A stretch of DNA of 64,000 nt from Coniocarpon cinnabarinum (taxonomy: Eukaryota): contig JAVECO010000003.1 in NCBI GenBank assembly GCA_051942205.1, positions 1 to 64,000 of the forward strand, in the 5' to 3' direction. Within the stretch, counting starts at the first letter, position 1, and every line of letters begins with the position of its first letter. This document shows positions 37,181-47,360 of this stretch, in pieces. Position numbers and translations under genes: made by a program. Under the pieces are notes generated by a model. The model was given only the letters and a program-made list of their open reading frames with translations, did no database searches and had not been told where the DNA came from.

Positions 37181-37312
37181 GCAAAAAGTGGGGCGCATGA
37201 TCGAGGGACTTCTTGGGGTATAACCCCTAAATTTAGTGGCTTGCCAGCGTAGTTTAGCGTCCATAGCACCCCCGCATACCCCGAGGTTTAGGGGTCGTTC
37301 GGCGTATGATTT

Positions 37313-37345
<33 letters not shown>

Positions 37346-37361
37346 CTACTCCTACTCCTAC
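37181..37361 (+). mobile_element. Short non-LTR retroelement insertion (5'-truncated LINE or SINE) with (TAC)n tail and 14-bp TSD
   Basis: TCCTCTACCACTTA occurs at 37167-37180 and 37362-37375. Tail is (TAC)10(TCCTAC)3. Homologous to the RIPed copy at 2851-3025. Confidence 0.88.
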
Positions 37362-37439
37362 TCCTCTACCACTTACCTTCAATTACAGTCAGAGCACTCA
37401 TATCCAGACTCAATAGACAGACCGTATTCCCTTCAAAAC

Positions 37440-37730
37440 ATGTTCAGATTTCCCTCAGCAGCCACCTCACGTCATCTCAGGACTTTTCGAACCACAGCTC
37501 GGCCAGCGGGCCAAAATCCAGAAACTCAGCTGTTGAGCCGCCTCGTTATTGCCATTGAGAGGGACTCCGCCGCCAGGTCTGCATCTACAGCCAAAAAAGC
37601 AGCAGAATAGATACAATGGAGACGCAAACAAGAGGGTTTTGCCTTCGCCGGATTGTCAATTGCCTCCGCCGGACTGTCAATTACTTTATTTGCGACTGGA
37701 TTCGCGGTTTATGCTTTCCACGATTCATAA
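37440..37730 (+). pseudogene. Small mitochondrial-type single-pass protein ORF interrupted by an in-frame TAG
   Basis: CAAAACATG start, presequence-like MFRFPSAATSRHLRTFRTT, TAG at 37608-37610, then an in-frame hydrophobic helix ending at TAA 37728-37730. Confidence 0.4.
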
Positions 37731-38432
37731 AAGACGAGAGTGGACGATTAGGAGTTGTTCAGTAGGTATCTCAGAGCGCACTTGGACATGAGAGTGCCTG
37801 GACACATCATTCTCGATACTCATCAACACTCAGCCACGGCATCGCCTGCCAATGCAGGAAAAGGGAATCAATTAGAGCGAGGAGACTCTAGAGAGAAACC
37901 CAACTGCAATAACTGAGGCGGAGCTGCGATAGCCTTCAACAGTTAGAATGCATGTCCGCAGTCCCTGGTCAGAATAACGAAAAGATGAGCAACGAGGAGT
38001 TCAGTGAATGACGAGCCAGTCGACCTTGAGGCAAAGACGTCCTAGGTTCCTTCCCGGCCTTGCACCTTTGCTGATCCATTGTGGTCGGTGCAACGACATT
38101 GACCTGAGCGCAGACAGGAAAAGCAAATACTGCATGATGAGGCAAGTGCGAGTAGCTTGAGGCATTATGTTGTGTTGGGTTTCGGTAGTTGGTGCGCAAA
38201 ATGATAGTTTAAACAACGCCGGTGCGTCCGCTAATGTCTTGTTGACATGTCATTTCATTTCATATCATTTCATATCCTTTTCATTCATTTCTAGATTGCA
38301 TCTACGTGGATATGACTGATTCATTCAGACGCTCCCACAGCAGGGGAGTCACGTCTCGTATAAGAATTCATTAAAAATTAGAAACTATCATTCAAAAGCA
38401 TACCCACCTCAAGTCGTCCAACCCATGTCAAA

Positions 38433-41222
38433 TCACATCAACAGCCAGGCGGCCACGCCAGCAAGACCCATCACAGCGCCTGGTGCACGCTTGCTCGCTG
38501 CACCCGTGTAACGGGCAGCGGGAGTCGTGTTGGACGCAGCTGCCGCGACAGTTCCGGCACGAGTGGGTGCCTGAGCCTGGTTGTCCGAGATCTGGCTGAC
38601 CGCACTGCCGGTTGCCTCAACAGCGGGAGCGCTCGTTGGCGCCTGAGGCTGGTTGTCAGAGATCTGGCTGACCGCGCTGGCGGTTGCCTCGACTGCCGGC
38701 GCACTCGTTGGCACCTCAGGTTGGTTATCGGAGATCTGACTCACGATGCTGTTAGACGCAGGTACTGCAGGGGCAGATGTCTGTGGAGCTACGGGAGCCG
38801 ATGTCGGAGCCTGAGGCTGGTAGTCGGTGATCTGGCTGACAACGGACTGGGTCATGGGCATTGCCACCGTCACAGTGGACGTGGAAGGCTGCGCAGGCGC
38901 AGGGCAGGTTGTTCCTTGGGTGACGACAGAGTAGGACACCGACGTTTGAACGATCGGCGTGCCACTGACGAGAGAGGTGGAGTACTCAGTCTTGGTGGAG
39001 TATGCAGTGGTGGTGGACGGAGGTAGAGTCAGTGTCGAAGCCGGTGGTGGTGGCGGGCAAGTTGTGCCTTGAGTAACGACAGAGGTGGAGTAGGCAGTCA
39101 TGGTGACCGGTGGCGGTGGTGGCAGAGAAGTGGTTTCGGTCTTGTATGAAACTGTGGTAACAGGAACAGGCTGGACTATGGTCACGGTGGACGTCACGGG
39201 CTGAGTCAGAGTTGACAGTTCCTCCTGTGTAGTAGTGATGACCGAGGTCACGTAGGTAGGCTTGCCAGAAATGGTTGTGCTATACGTTGAGGTATACGTC
39301 GTGGGCACTGGCTTGACGACTGTAACCGTGCTAGTCTCGTACATGGTCGTAGGCTTGTACAAGGTCGTTGACACCGTTGTAGGAACCGTGACAGTGCTAG
39401 TTTTGTAGTTTGTAGCGGTGGTGCTCTCCTCCTTGGTGGTGTAGTATGTGGAGACCTCTTCTTTGGTAGTCGTGTATGCAGAGGTGACTGTGGTGAGAGA
39501 CCCGCTAAGACTAGTGGTGTATGTCGTTGCAACAGTCGTGGGCTTGTAGACGGTGGTTGTGACAGGAACAGACTCGGTCTTTGTCTGCTCCTTGGTAGTG
39601 TAGTACGTCGACACTTCTTCCTTGGTAGTCGTGACTGGAGAAGTCACGGTGGTAAGCGACCCACTCAGACTAGTCGTGTATGTGGATAGGACTGTCGTAG
39701 GCACGTATTTGGTGGTCTCGACTGGAACAAACTTTGTAGTCGTCACCGAGAAAGAGTCGGTTTCGGTTTCTTTCTTCGTAGTGTAGTACGTTGACACTTC
39801 TTCCTTGGTGGTCGTGACTGGTGAAGTCACGGTGGTGAGCGACCCACTCAAACTAGTCGTGTACGTGGATAAGACTGTCGTAGGCACGTATTTGGTGGTC
39901 TCGACTGGAACAGACTTTGTAGTCGTCACCGAGAAAGAGTCGGTTTCGGTTTCGGTTTCGGTTTCTTTCTTCGTGGTGTAGTACGTTGACACTTCTTCCT
40001 TAGTGGTCGTGACTGGAGATGTCACGGTGGTGAGCGATCCACTCAAGCTGGTCGTGTACGTAGAGAGCACGGTTGTGGGCTTGTACTCTGTGGTGGTAAC
40101 CGGAACAGACTTGGTCTTCGTCTCCTCCTCTGTCTTGGTGAAGTAGGAGGTCTGAGTGACGGGCTTGCCTGAGACAGTCGTCGTGTAGACTGAAGTAGTG
40201 GGGTAGACCTTAGTGACATATACAGTGGCTGTGGTCGTCGCAGTGGCCGTGGCGGTTTTCGTAGCCGTGTCGGTCTTCTTCTCGGTAGCAGTGCTGACAG
40301 ACTCAGTTGTGGTGGTGATTGTCGAGGTAAGAACTTTGGTGGTGCCCGACTCTGTCGTGGTGTACGTGGTCGTAGTGGTCACGGGCACCTTCACTGTGGT
40401 GGGTACGATCTTAGTTGTTTCTTCCTCCTCGGTCTTGGTCTTGTAGAGGGTAGTGGTCTTCTCAACGGGAGTGCCAGATTCCTTAGTTGTGTAGGTAGAG
40501 ACGATCGTCGTTGGAACGGCCTTGGTTGTAGTCTCCTCTTCCGTCTTCGTGTTGTAGAGTGTGGTCGTTTTCTCGACGGGGGTTCCACTGATCGACGTTG
40601 TGTACGTTTTCACCACGGTTGTCGGAACGACCGTTGGCTTCGTTTCGGTCTCGGTCTTGGTGACAGTTGCGGTTTCGTTCTTGCCAGGAGCCGTCACCGT
40701 TTCCGTTTTGGTTTTGTAGATGTCCGTGGTCTGAGTCTGGGTCTCGTTCTTGCCCGGAGCAGTAACGGTCACAGTGACTGGGGTGGTCTTAGTGTCAGTC
40801 TTGTAGTCTGTCGTAGTGTCAACTTTAGTCTCGGTCTTGGTGATCGTCTCCGTCTTCTCCGGAGGGCAAGTGTCCTTAGGAGTAGTTGTGTACGACGGAG
40901 GTGGAACAGGCGTGGAGGTGTATGCTGGCGGCGAAGTATCCGGAGTCGAATAAGTCGGCGGCGTAGAGGTGTATGCCGGCGGCGAAGTGTCCGGAGTCGA
41001 ATAAGTCGCAGGCGTTGAGGTGTACGCTGACGGCGACGTGGACTTGTCCGGCGCGCTGCTGGTGTAGGCGGGCGCAGACGTGTCAGTCGTCGAGCCACCG
41101 TACGACTCGCCGACGCTGCTTTGCCCGCCCTGAACGTACGCCGCTGGCTGCTCCTGGCGTGGATTCAGCCATCCGGCTTGGACCGCCAGGCCAAAGGCCA
41201 AAGTCGTAGCGAGATACTTCAT
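38433..41222 (-). CDS. Thr-rich GPI-anchored cell-wall/adhesin-like protein with Pir-like repeats
   Basis: Signal peptide MKYLATTLAFGLAVQA, long Thr/Val/Lys/Glu repeats, four SQI(S/T)D(N/Y)Q repeats, and YTGAA followed by a hydrophobic tail. Confidence 0.9.
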   Translation of the reverse strand: MKYLATTLAFGLAVQAGWLNPRQEQPAAYVQGGQSSVGESYGGSTTDTSAPAYTSSAPDKSTSPSAYTSTPATYSTPDTSPPAYTSTPPTYSTPDTSPPAYTSTPVPPPSYTTTPKDTCPPEKTETITKTETKVDTTTDYKTDTKTTPVTVTVTAPGKNETQTQTTDIYKTKTETVTAPGKNETATVTKTETETKPTVVPTTVVKTYTTSISGTPVEKTTTLYNTKTEEETTTKAVPTTIVSTYTTKESGTPVEKTTTLYKTKTEEEETTKIVPTTVKVPVTTTTTYTTTESGTTKVLTSTITTTTESVSTATEKKTDTATKTATATATTTATVYVTKVYPTTSVYTTTVSGKPVTQTSYFTKTEEETKTKSVPVTTTEYKPTTVLSTYTTSLSGSLTTVTSPVTTTKEEVSTYYTTKKETETETETDSFSVTTTKSVPVETTKYVPTTVLSTYTTSLSGSLTTVTSPVTTTKEEVSTYYTTKKETETDSFSVTTTKFVPVETTKYVPTTVLSTYTTSLSGSLTTVTSPVTTTKEEVSTYYTTKEQTKTESVPVTTTVYKPTTVATTYTTSLSGSLTTVTSAYTTTKEEVSTYYTTKEESTTATNYKTSTVTVPTTVSTTLYKPTTMYETSTVTVVKPVPTTYTSTYSTTISGKPTYVTSVITTTQEELSTLTQPVTSTVTIVQPVPVTTVSYKTETTSLPPPPPVTMTAYSTSVVTQGTTCPPPPPASTLTLPPSTTTAYSTKTEYSTSLVSGTPIVQTSVSYSVVTQGTTCPAPAQPSTSTVTVAMPMTQSVVSQITDYQPQAPTSAPVAPQTSAPAVPASNSIVSQISDNQPEVPTSAPAVEATASAVSQISDNQPQAPTSAPAVEATGSAVSQISDNQAQAPTRAGTVAAAASNTTPAARYTGAASKRAPGAVMGLAGVAAWLLM
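39400..40110 (-). repeat. Coding tandem repeats (~140-180 bp units)
   Basis: Four near-identical PTTV.(S/T)TYTTSLSGSLTTVTS..TTTKEEVSTYYTTK units, separated by variable (TE)n spacers. Confidence 0.85.
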
Positions 41223-44211
41223 AGCGAAGGTGTTGATCAAGTCACGTTCTTAACGAAAGTACCTTCTAAAACGACAGTGCAATACTTCTGCCGTGAAGTC
41301 TTCTTAATCGAATAAGAAGAATCAATGGGGGAGACCCTTACGCACAAAAGCGAAAGAAGTATTGTCTACCTCACACCTCTGGGTGAAAACTAAAGAAGCC
41401 TGAGCCCGAGGAACGAACGAGCGAGCTAGGATGCAGGTGAAGAGGAGAGAGGAAAAGCGCTGCGCTCATGAGCGAGAGGCTGGTATTATATTTACCTCAC
41501 GTACCTCACGCAACTCGCGGCAAGGAGTGCGTCGTGCAGCCTGCGTGAAGACTCTTCTGGCACGCGCTGAACCAACCATAAGACGCCGTCCGGATACGTA
41601 TCCCGCTGGTATCTGCAATGGTGAGCTTGAAAAGTGGAGGTCGGCCGTATTCGCGCAAGCTTGGCTGCAAGTTTTGGTGATGGCAAGACCCACCGGCGAG
41701 CCGCAACATGATGCAGAGACACCTTCATTCGCTTGACACTGCATGTTGACGTATCGTTCCTGCAGTAAGCTGTGATGATCGCTCCGGGAGAGGAAAAGAG
41801 CGATGGCTGGAGCGAGCAAGGTCAGTTGGCTTAGGCAATGGGGCCAAGCTGGCGGAGAAGATCAATATTCTGGTAGCGACTGAGTCGCTCGGCACCCGCC
41901 ACACCGTTGGCGCCTTGCGAGAGAGACGTTGCGATTGTTTGCAGCCGGGAGCGGACAACGTGGAGTAGTCGTAGAGTCAAAAGTGGCCGGCGCGACAGCA
42001 TGTGGGACAAGCGGCGAGCGTGTAGACGAATTGGGTATGGTAGACTGCATTGCCAATGCCCTCTGCCCACTCACCTGACGAGGTGCCTGACGCTGCTGCA
42101 GAGCATCGCGCACCATCTCAGGAGATCAATAACATGCTGTGAAAGCTACAGCTGTGTCTATTTTGGTCAAATGAACAAGCGAGCGAGCGAGAAAAGACGC
42201 TCGCTTGACTGCTTGTCAAAAATCGCTCCATCGCTCTCTCCCTAGCTGGATGCGACGTCGATGCAATGCCATCGCCTTGCGGACCGTGGACAAGAAGTGA
42301 GCCTGAGTCAAGACTCACTCATTGGAAGCTTGGATGTTCGAATTATGAGAGATATTCCTGCCGCCTGTGCCGTTTCCCGTATCGAGCAGGACCCTCCGCC
42401 GCTCGGGCAGCAAACAGGCAGATGCGCGCTGCTTGCAGGCGAACACCAGCCTCCACGGCGTGCTTGCTGACTATTTCCTGGGGCCCGGTGGACAAGGCGA
42501 GGGCACGCAGTCACCGCTCTTGTACAGCGTGCCAGCATCGTCGCTCAGGTGGCAGGGATCCAGGGCGGAGCCAGCCAACTGCCGGATGCTGCAACAAACC
42601 TTGTGAGCATCAGGAGGCGATTGCTGCTCAGCACCTGGAGCAAGGTTCTGACCTGGGCACCGCGATACGGAGTACGGAGATACTTGAGGCATTTTCGATG
42701 AGTCGCGCATGACGCTGGGCGCGCTGGCGGACAGAGCAGTGTCTCTGCGCTGCTGAGGGCCGCCGAGGGATGGAAGTGGGAGGTCGAGTGAATTGCGCAT
42801 TGCCAAGCTCCTTGTTTTTGCATATATTTAGAGACGTACCTGGCGCTAGTGGGCGCTAGGCACGTTGGGCACACTAGGCTGCTTCGGGTCAGCGGGGCCC
42901 GATGCAGATGGCAGTGATGGCAACCTCCTGTCCAAGCAATGTCTTCTCCACCTCCTGCATCCCCGCCGTGCAGAGCAGCAAGAGACAGTCATTGTTCGCC
43001 GTGGTGGGGGCTGCGCCAGCAAGGCCGTTGCTCAGAGGCCGGGATCAATATCAGCAGGCAGCCGGTGCTGAGGACGCTGCGCCCGAGAGGAGCTGCATGC
43101 GGCGGCTCGATTTTTCATACCGACGATCCTTCCTCGTCCCGGTGTCCTTCTTTGTTGGCATGCCCAGTGTGCTGTCGGTCCGCCAGCCTCTGGAGATACA
43201 TCGGTACATCGGTACATCTGACTCTCAATGTACGCGGGCAACAGCCAACAGCAGAGCCTCCACCAACACATGGGGCAGCTCGACACTTTGACGTCAGCAA
43301 TCTGGCGGGCTGTATGTAAGTCATCCCCGGAGTACCTATGATGCCAGCGACGTGCGACATGGGTGTTCACGATGTGTGGCTGGGCGGGCGCGTGAGAGAG
43401 AGGCAGGACAATTCGGCACTTGCCCGACAGGCATTAGACTTGGCGTCGAGAATGGATCCTGGACACTCCTTGAGCAATCTAATACGCCGGCTGGTGGCAC
43501 GGCATCATGACTTGATACGCTTTGTGATGTGTAGAGCATGAGTGCTGGGGCAACGGGCTTCGAACAACTTGCATTCAACTTCAGATGTCTTGGGTGGCAT
43601 GATTGGAGATCTTCGACCCGACGCGCATGGCACTCATCGTCTCCTGCATCTTGTAATACCCCGGGAGCGGCGCACCAGGCGCGATGCTTTTGGCCGAGGT
43701 CGCTGATTACATTTGCTTACGTACATGCATACGCCGCTTGCAGCCATATACAAAGCAATGTGCTTACTACAGGCTGATGAGTCGATGTCCTCGGATACAT
43801 ACAGAGCGAGGCTTTACTTCTCGGCTAGTTTGCATTGTGGCACCGTAGTTTTGGATAAAGGAGTTCAGACCAGCAGAGCAAATAAATCGCCTGCCGTGCT
43901 GCAAGACGATTATCCAAGTGACATTTCGATGCAAGTTTCGCAAATTTCTGTGCATATTGGTGTACATATTTTGGCAGGGTGCGCAAATCAATACAGTCTT
44001 CCACTTATTCCTCCGTCGAGGTTTCTCACCCCTACGATGATGCAGTCATCGATGATATATGCCGCTGCGGCCTTCCATCGTGAGCAGCGTGTCCGTACTG
44101 AGCACCATGAAAGGAAACAAGGTGACATGTAATGGTTGTACAAATCTAGTCTTGAAATGCAGTTCCTTAAGTTCAATAAACTACTGGGAACAATCAAGCC
44201 CATCACTGGGA

Positions 44212-46481
44212 TCATCCGGCAACCTGCACAGGCGCATACACCAAGTTACCGTTCTGCACCGAGGCGCTCGCAGCAGGCATCGCCATTCTCACAGGCGCCG
44301 TCTCGGTGTCGGCGGTGGTGGCTTGCGTCACTTCATTGCCTCGCTCCAAACGCTCAGTGCGTGCCTGTTCGAGTTCCTGGAGGATGTCTGGCAACATTGC
44401 CTCCACGTCGTCTGCCTTGATCCCAAGCGCGCTCATGATCAATTGCTTGTAGATGTCATGGCGCTCATCACGGCGGCTTGCAAGCCCTTGCGCCTCGAGG
44501 ATGTCGTCCAAAATTGCGGTGCGTCTTTGCTGCTGCTCTTCGATCTTCTTCGCGAGATCAAGCTTTTCGCGCAGCGTACGCACGCTAGATTGCTGCTTGA
44601 AATGCTCTTCTCCGCGTGCTTCTTGACTACCTCTTTGTCTGGCCAGGGCTTTTCTTAACTCAAGCACCTGCTCCTCTTCTAGCCACCGGCGACTGTCGTT
44701 AAGGACAACCTTGAGCTCCTCGTCCTCAATTGCAGCCACATTATCGTCATTGTCTTGCGCTGACAAAGACATTGCTTGCTTTCTCATCGTGGAAAGTTCC
44801 TGACGCCTCAATTCCAGCAACCGCTCAGCCTCTCGTATTTCTGTCTCACGTTCAGCTAGCTCGGCTTCATAGGCGGCGGCAAGTGCTTCAGATCTCGATG
44901 TGATCAGAGATGGTAGCTGTGAGGCGAGCAACGTAGCAGCCTCACTTGCGTACTGAGAAGCCCTTGACTGGGCAGAGCCAAAGCCGCCAGCCTTCGCGAC
45001 CCCGTCGGGCTGAGAAGCTTCCATCCCAGGTACTGGGGACGACGAGAGTTGGCGCTGACGGTCTCTACGACGCTCATTCAGCTGCATGATGAAGTTCTCA
45101 GCCGTTTCGCCATTGAGATTTGGAATGTCCGTTCGAGCCCCGAACGAGGTGAGCAGGCGGACACATTTGCGAGCACCATTCTTTGCAGCAATGAAGAGTG
45201 CGGTATTGCCATCTTTGTCTTGCTGATTTACAAGCTCGCTGATGCCATGCACACCAAACTCTTGCTGCAATTTGGAAAGAATTTCACTGAAGTAGTATCG
45301 TGCCATTGGGTATTTGCTACGGCTCAGGGTGGAGGCGGCAATGTGGTGGAAGACCGTGGACTGGAAACAATCACGCTGACCTGCTGTGGAGAAGAGTGAT
45401 TCCGCTAAACGTGACATGCTTTGTCGATCATAGTTATTGGTGAAGGTTACAGCACGAACAAGAGGGGTCGCACCGGTATTAGTGAGAGCATTGATGCTTG
45501 CGCCTCTTTGGATGAATTCATGCACCAGGTGAATATCACCTATGGCCGAAGCCCAATGTAATGCTGTGTTGCCTTGCTCGTCAATGGGTCGATTGATGTT
45601 GATATCATTAGGAATTTGCGGTGCTGGGGAAGGTGCATGATCACCCCGCTGAAGCAGGAAATAGTCCAACAGCTCATCTGACCACATCATATGTTGCTGA
45701 TCCTCATGCGACATTTGTGGTGTCGGTTGAGGCTGGTCTGCGCCTCTCTTTCGCTTGCGACTGCGGGACTGGGTCGGCCAACGAATGCTCCCGGCATAGC
45801 CATTTTCAGAGGCTGAGGATATGGTAGCTTGTTCAGCAACCTCATCCTCGTTTGCTTGACCACTGTAAGCGTCGAAGGACACTTCGTTCATTCGGGTTTG
45901 TGGAGGCACTGTAAGTATATCGTGAGTGTGTGGTGGCGAGCTCGTTGTTGCGATGCCTACCTGGAACACGCCTTGGAGGGGCCATGTTGCGTGACGCCTT
46001 TGGCTTGTTTGTCTGCGCCGTCATGTGTTTTGGGGCCGGCGGAGGACTGCGATCGCCGGGTTGAAAATCAAATATTGGAAGCAGCCTCTCCAGACAGTGG
46101 TTGCGTTGAGCAAGAACTCTGCCATCTTCCAGTGATATCCAGGTACCTAAGATGCTCTCTCCATAAGAAGATGCGCAAACATGCCTTCACAAGTGATCGT
46201 ACCCTGGTATTTTCCGTAACCGCCTTGCACTTTTTCGTGCACGCCCTTCTGGACCTCTCGTTCAAGAATTCGTGTGCGTGTGGGCTTGTCATGACCGGCA
46301 ACCTTGAGGATATGGGTGGCATTGATCCAAGAGTCGGATCGGCGTCGCATGACATGATTGCTGTCGACCGTGTACTCGTATACAGGGACCTTGTCCGTTA
46401 GATCTTGGGCTGTTCCTCGAGCCCTCGGCAACTCACATTGCTATACGTTGCAGAATAGATTTTGCTGCCAGGAGCGGTCAT
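44212..46481 (-). CDS. MBP1: APSES/KilA-N plus ankyrin-repeat cell-cycle transcription factor (MBF subunit)
   Basis: [32 protein letters not shown] and [15 protein letters not shown] motifs; ankyrin repeats GNTALHWA and GNTALFIAA. Three introns. Confidence 0.93.
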
Positions 46482-47360
46482 CGTTCCTGGCAGGTGACCA
46501 CAACCAGAGGGACTGGTTGTTGGGGGAGGAGTTGGGGACTCGTTTAAGATGGACAAAACGCTGACTTGGACCAAAAGAGAAGCAGAGACTATGTCAAGAA
46601 TCAAACAATCGCAATTTGGGATCTAGGTAGTGCGGCGCAAGAAACGCGAAAGCAACTCTGCGAGAGCAGAAGACGTGTCGAGGGCGAGCGTCAATCGCGT
46701 AGGCAGAGTGCTTGCATCGCTGACTAAGCATCACGTGACTGACCTCGACTTGCTGCGGGCTTTGGGTTCTCAGTTCGTCCCCGGAGCATCAGCGTCGCCT
46801 TTCCTGCTCAAGGTCGATCGGCCTCTTCGCCAACTGTAATGTCGGTCACTGACTCTATTAAAGATGCCGTGGGTCTCAGCCCGGCCAGTACTGTGGTGCC
46901 GTGTGAGAAGTTGTGCTCCTTCAATTGAGATCTGAGATTACTGACACTAAACAGCTGCCTCAGCCGAGGAGATGAGCAACGCCATGGTCCCTTTGGCGTA
47001 CAGAGATAGCTGCGTACATCTCCTTATTCCCTTGAATCGGTGTCGAAGGGAAGAGTACTATTTGCCGTGGAAATGCGAGGTCTGACGCCTTCACTGCAGG
47101 CCAGCACCGATGATCTTGGCTGATGAATCACCCAGAACGAACGCCATAGCTACGAAAAATGCCAGTACGACGAATTCAAAAAGCGTGTGGCAAAGATGGA
47201 TGAGATACGTGAGGCCAAGGGTGGCGCACGAAGCAATTGAAACATCGTCGTTGCGAAAACGGGGTGTCTTGAGTTACAATAGCGTGACGATACGGAACAA
47301 GGCGACCATTCAGCATCACAGATACTGAGCAGACTGCACAGTCGAGTGTGGTTATGAAAT

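Noticed and set aside
37221..37295. TAACCCCTAA/TTTAGGGG as telomeric repeat or telomerase RNA template
   Set aside because: Single non-tandem units that do not match TTAGGG; better explained as base-pairing within the retroelement 3' end.
37236..37439. Poly-Tyr N-terminal part of ORF 37236-37610
   Set aside because: It is a translation of the retroelement (TAC)n tail from a GTG start, not a real protein segment.
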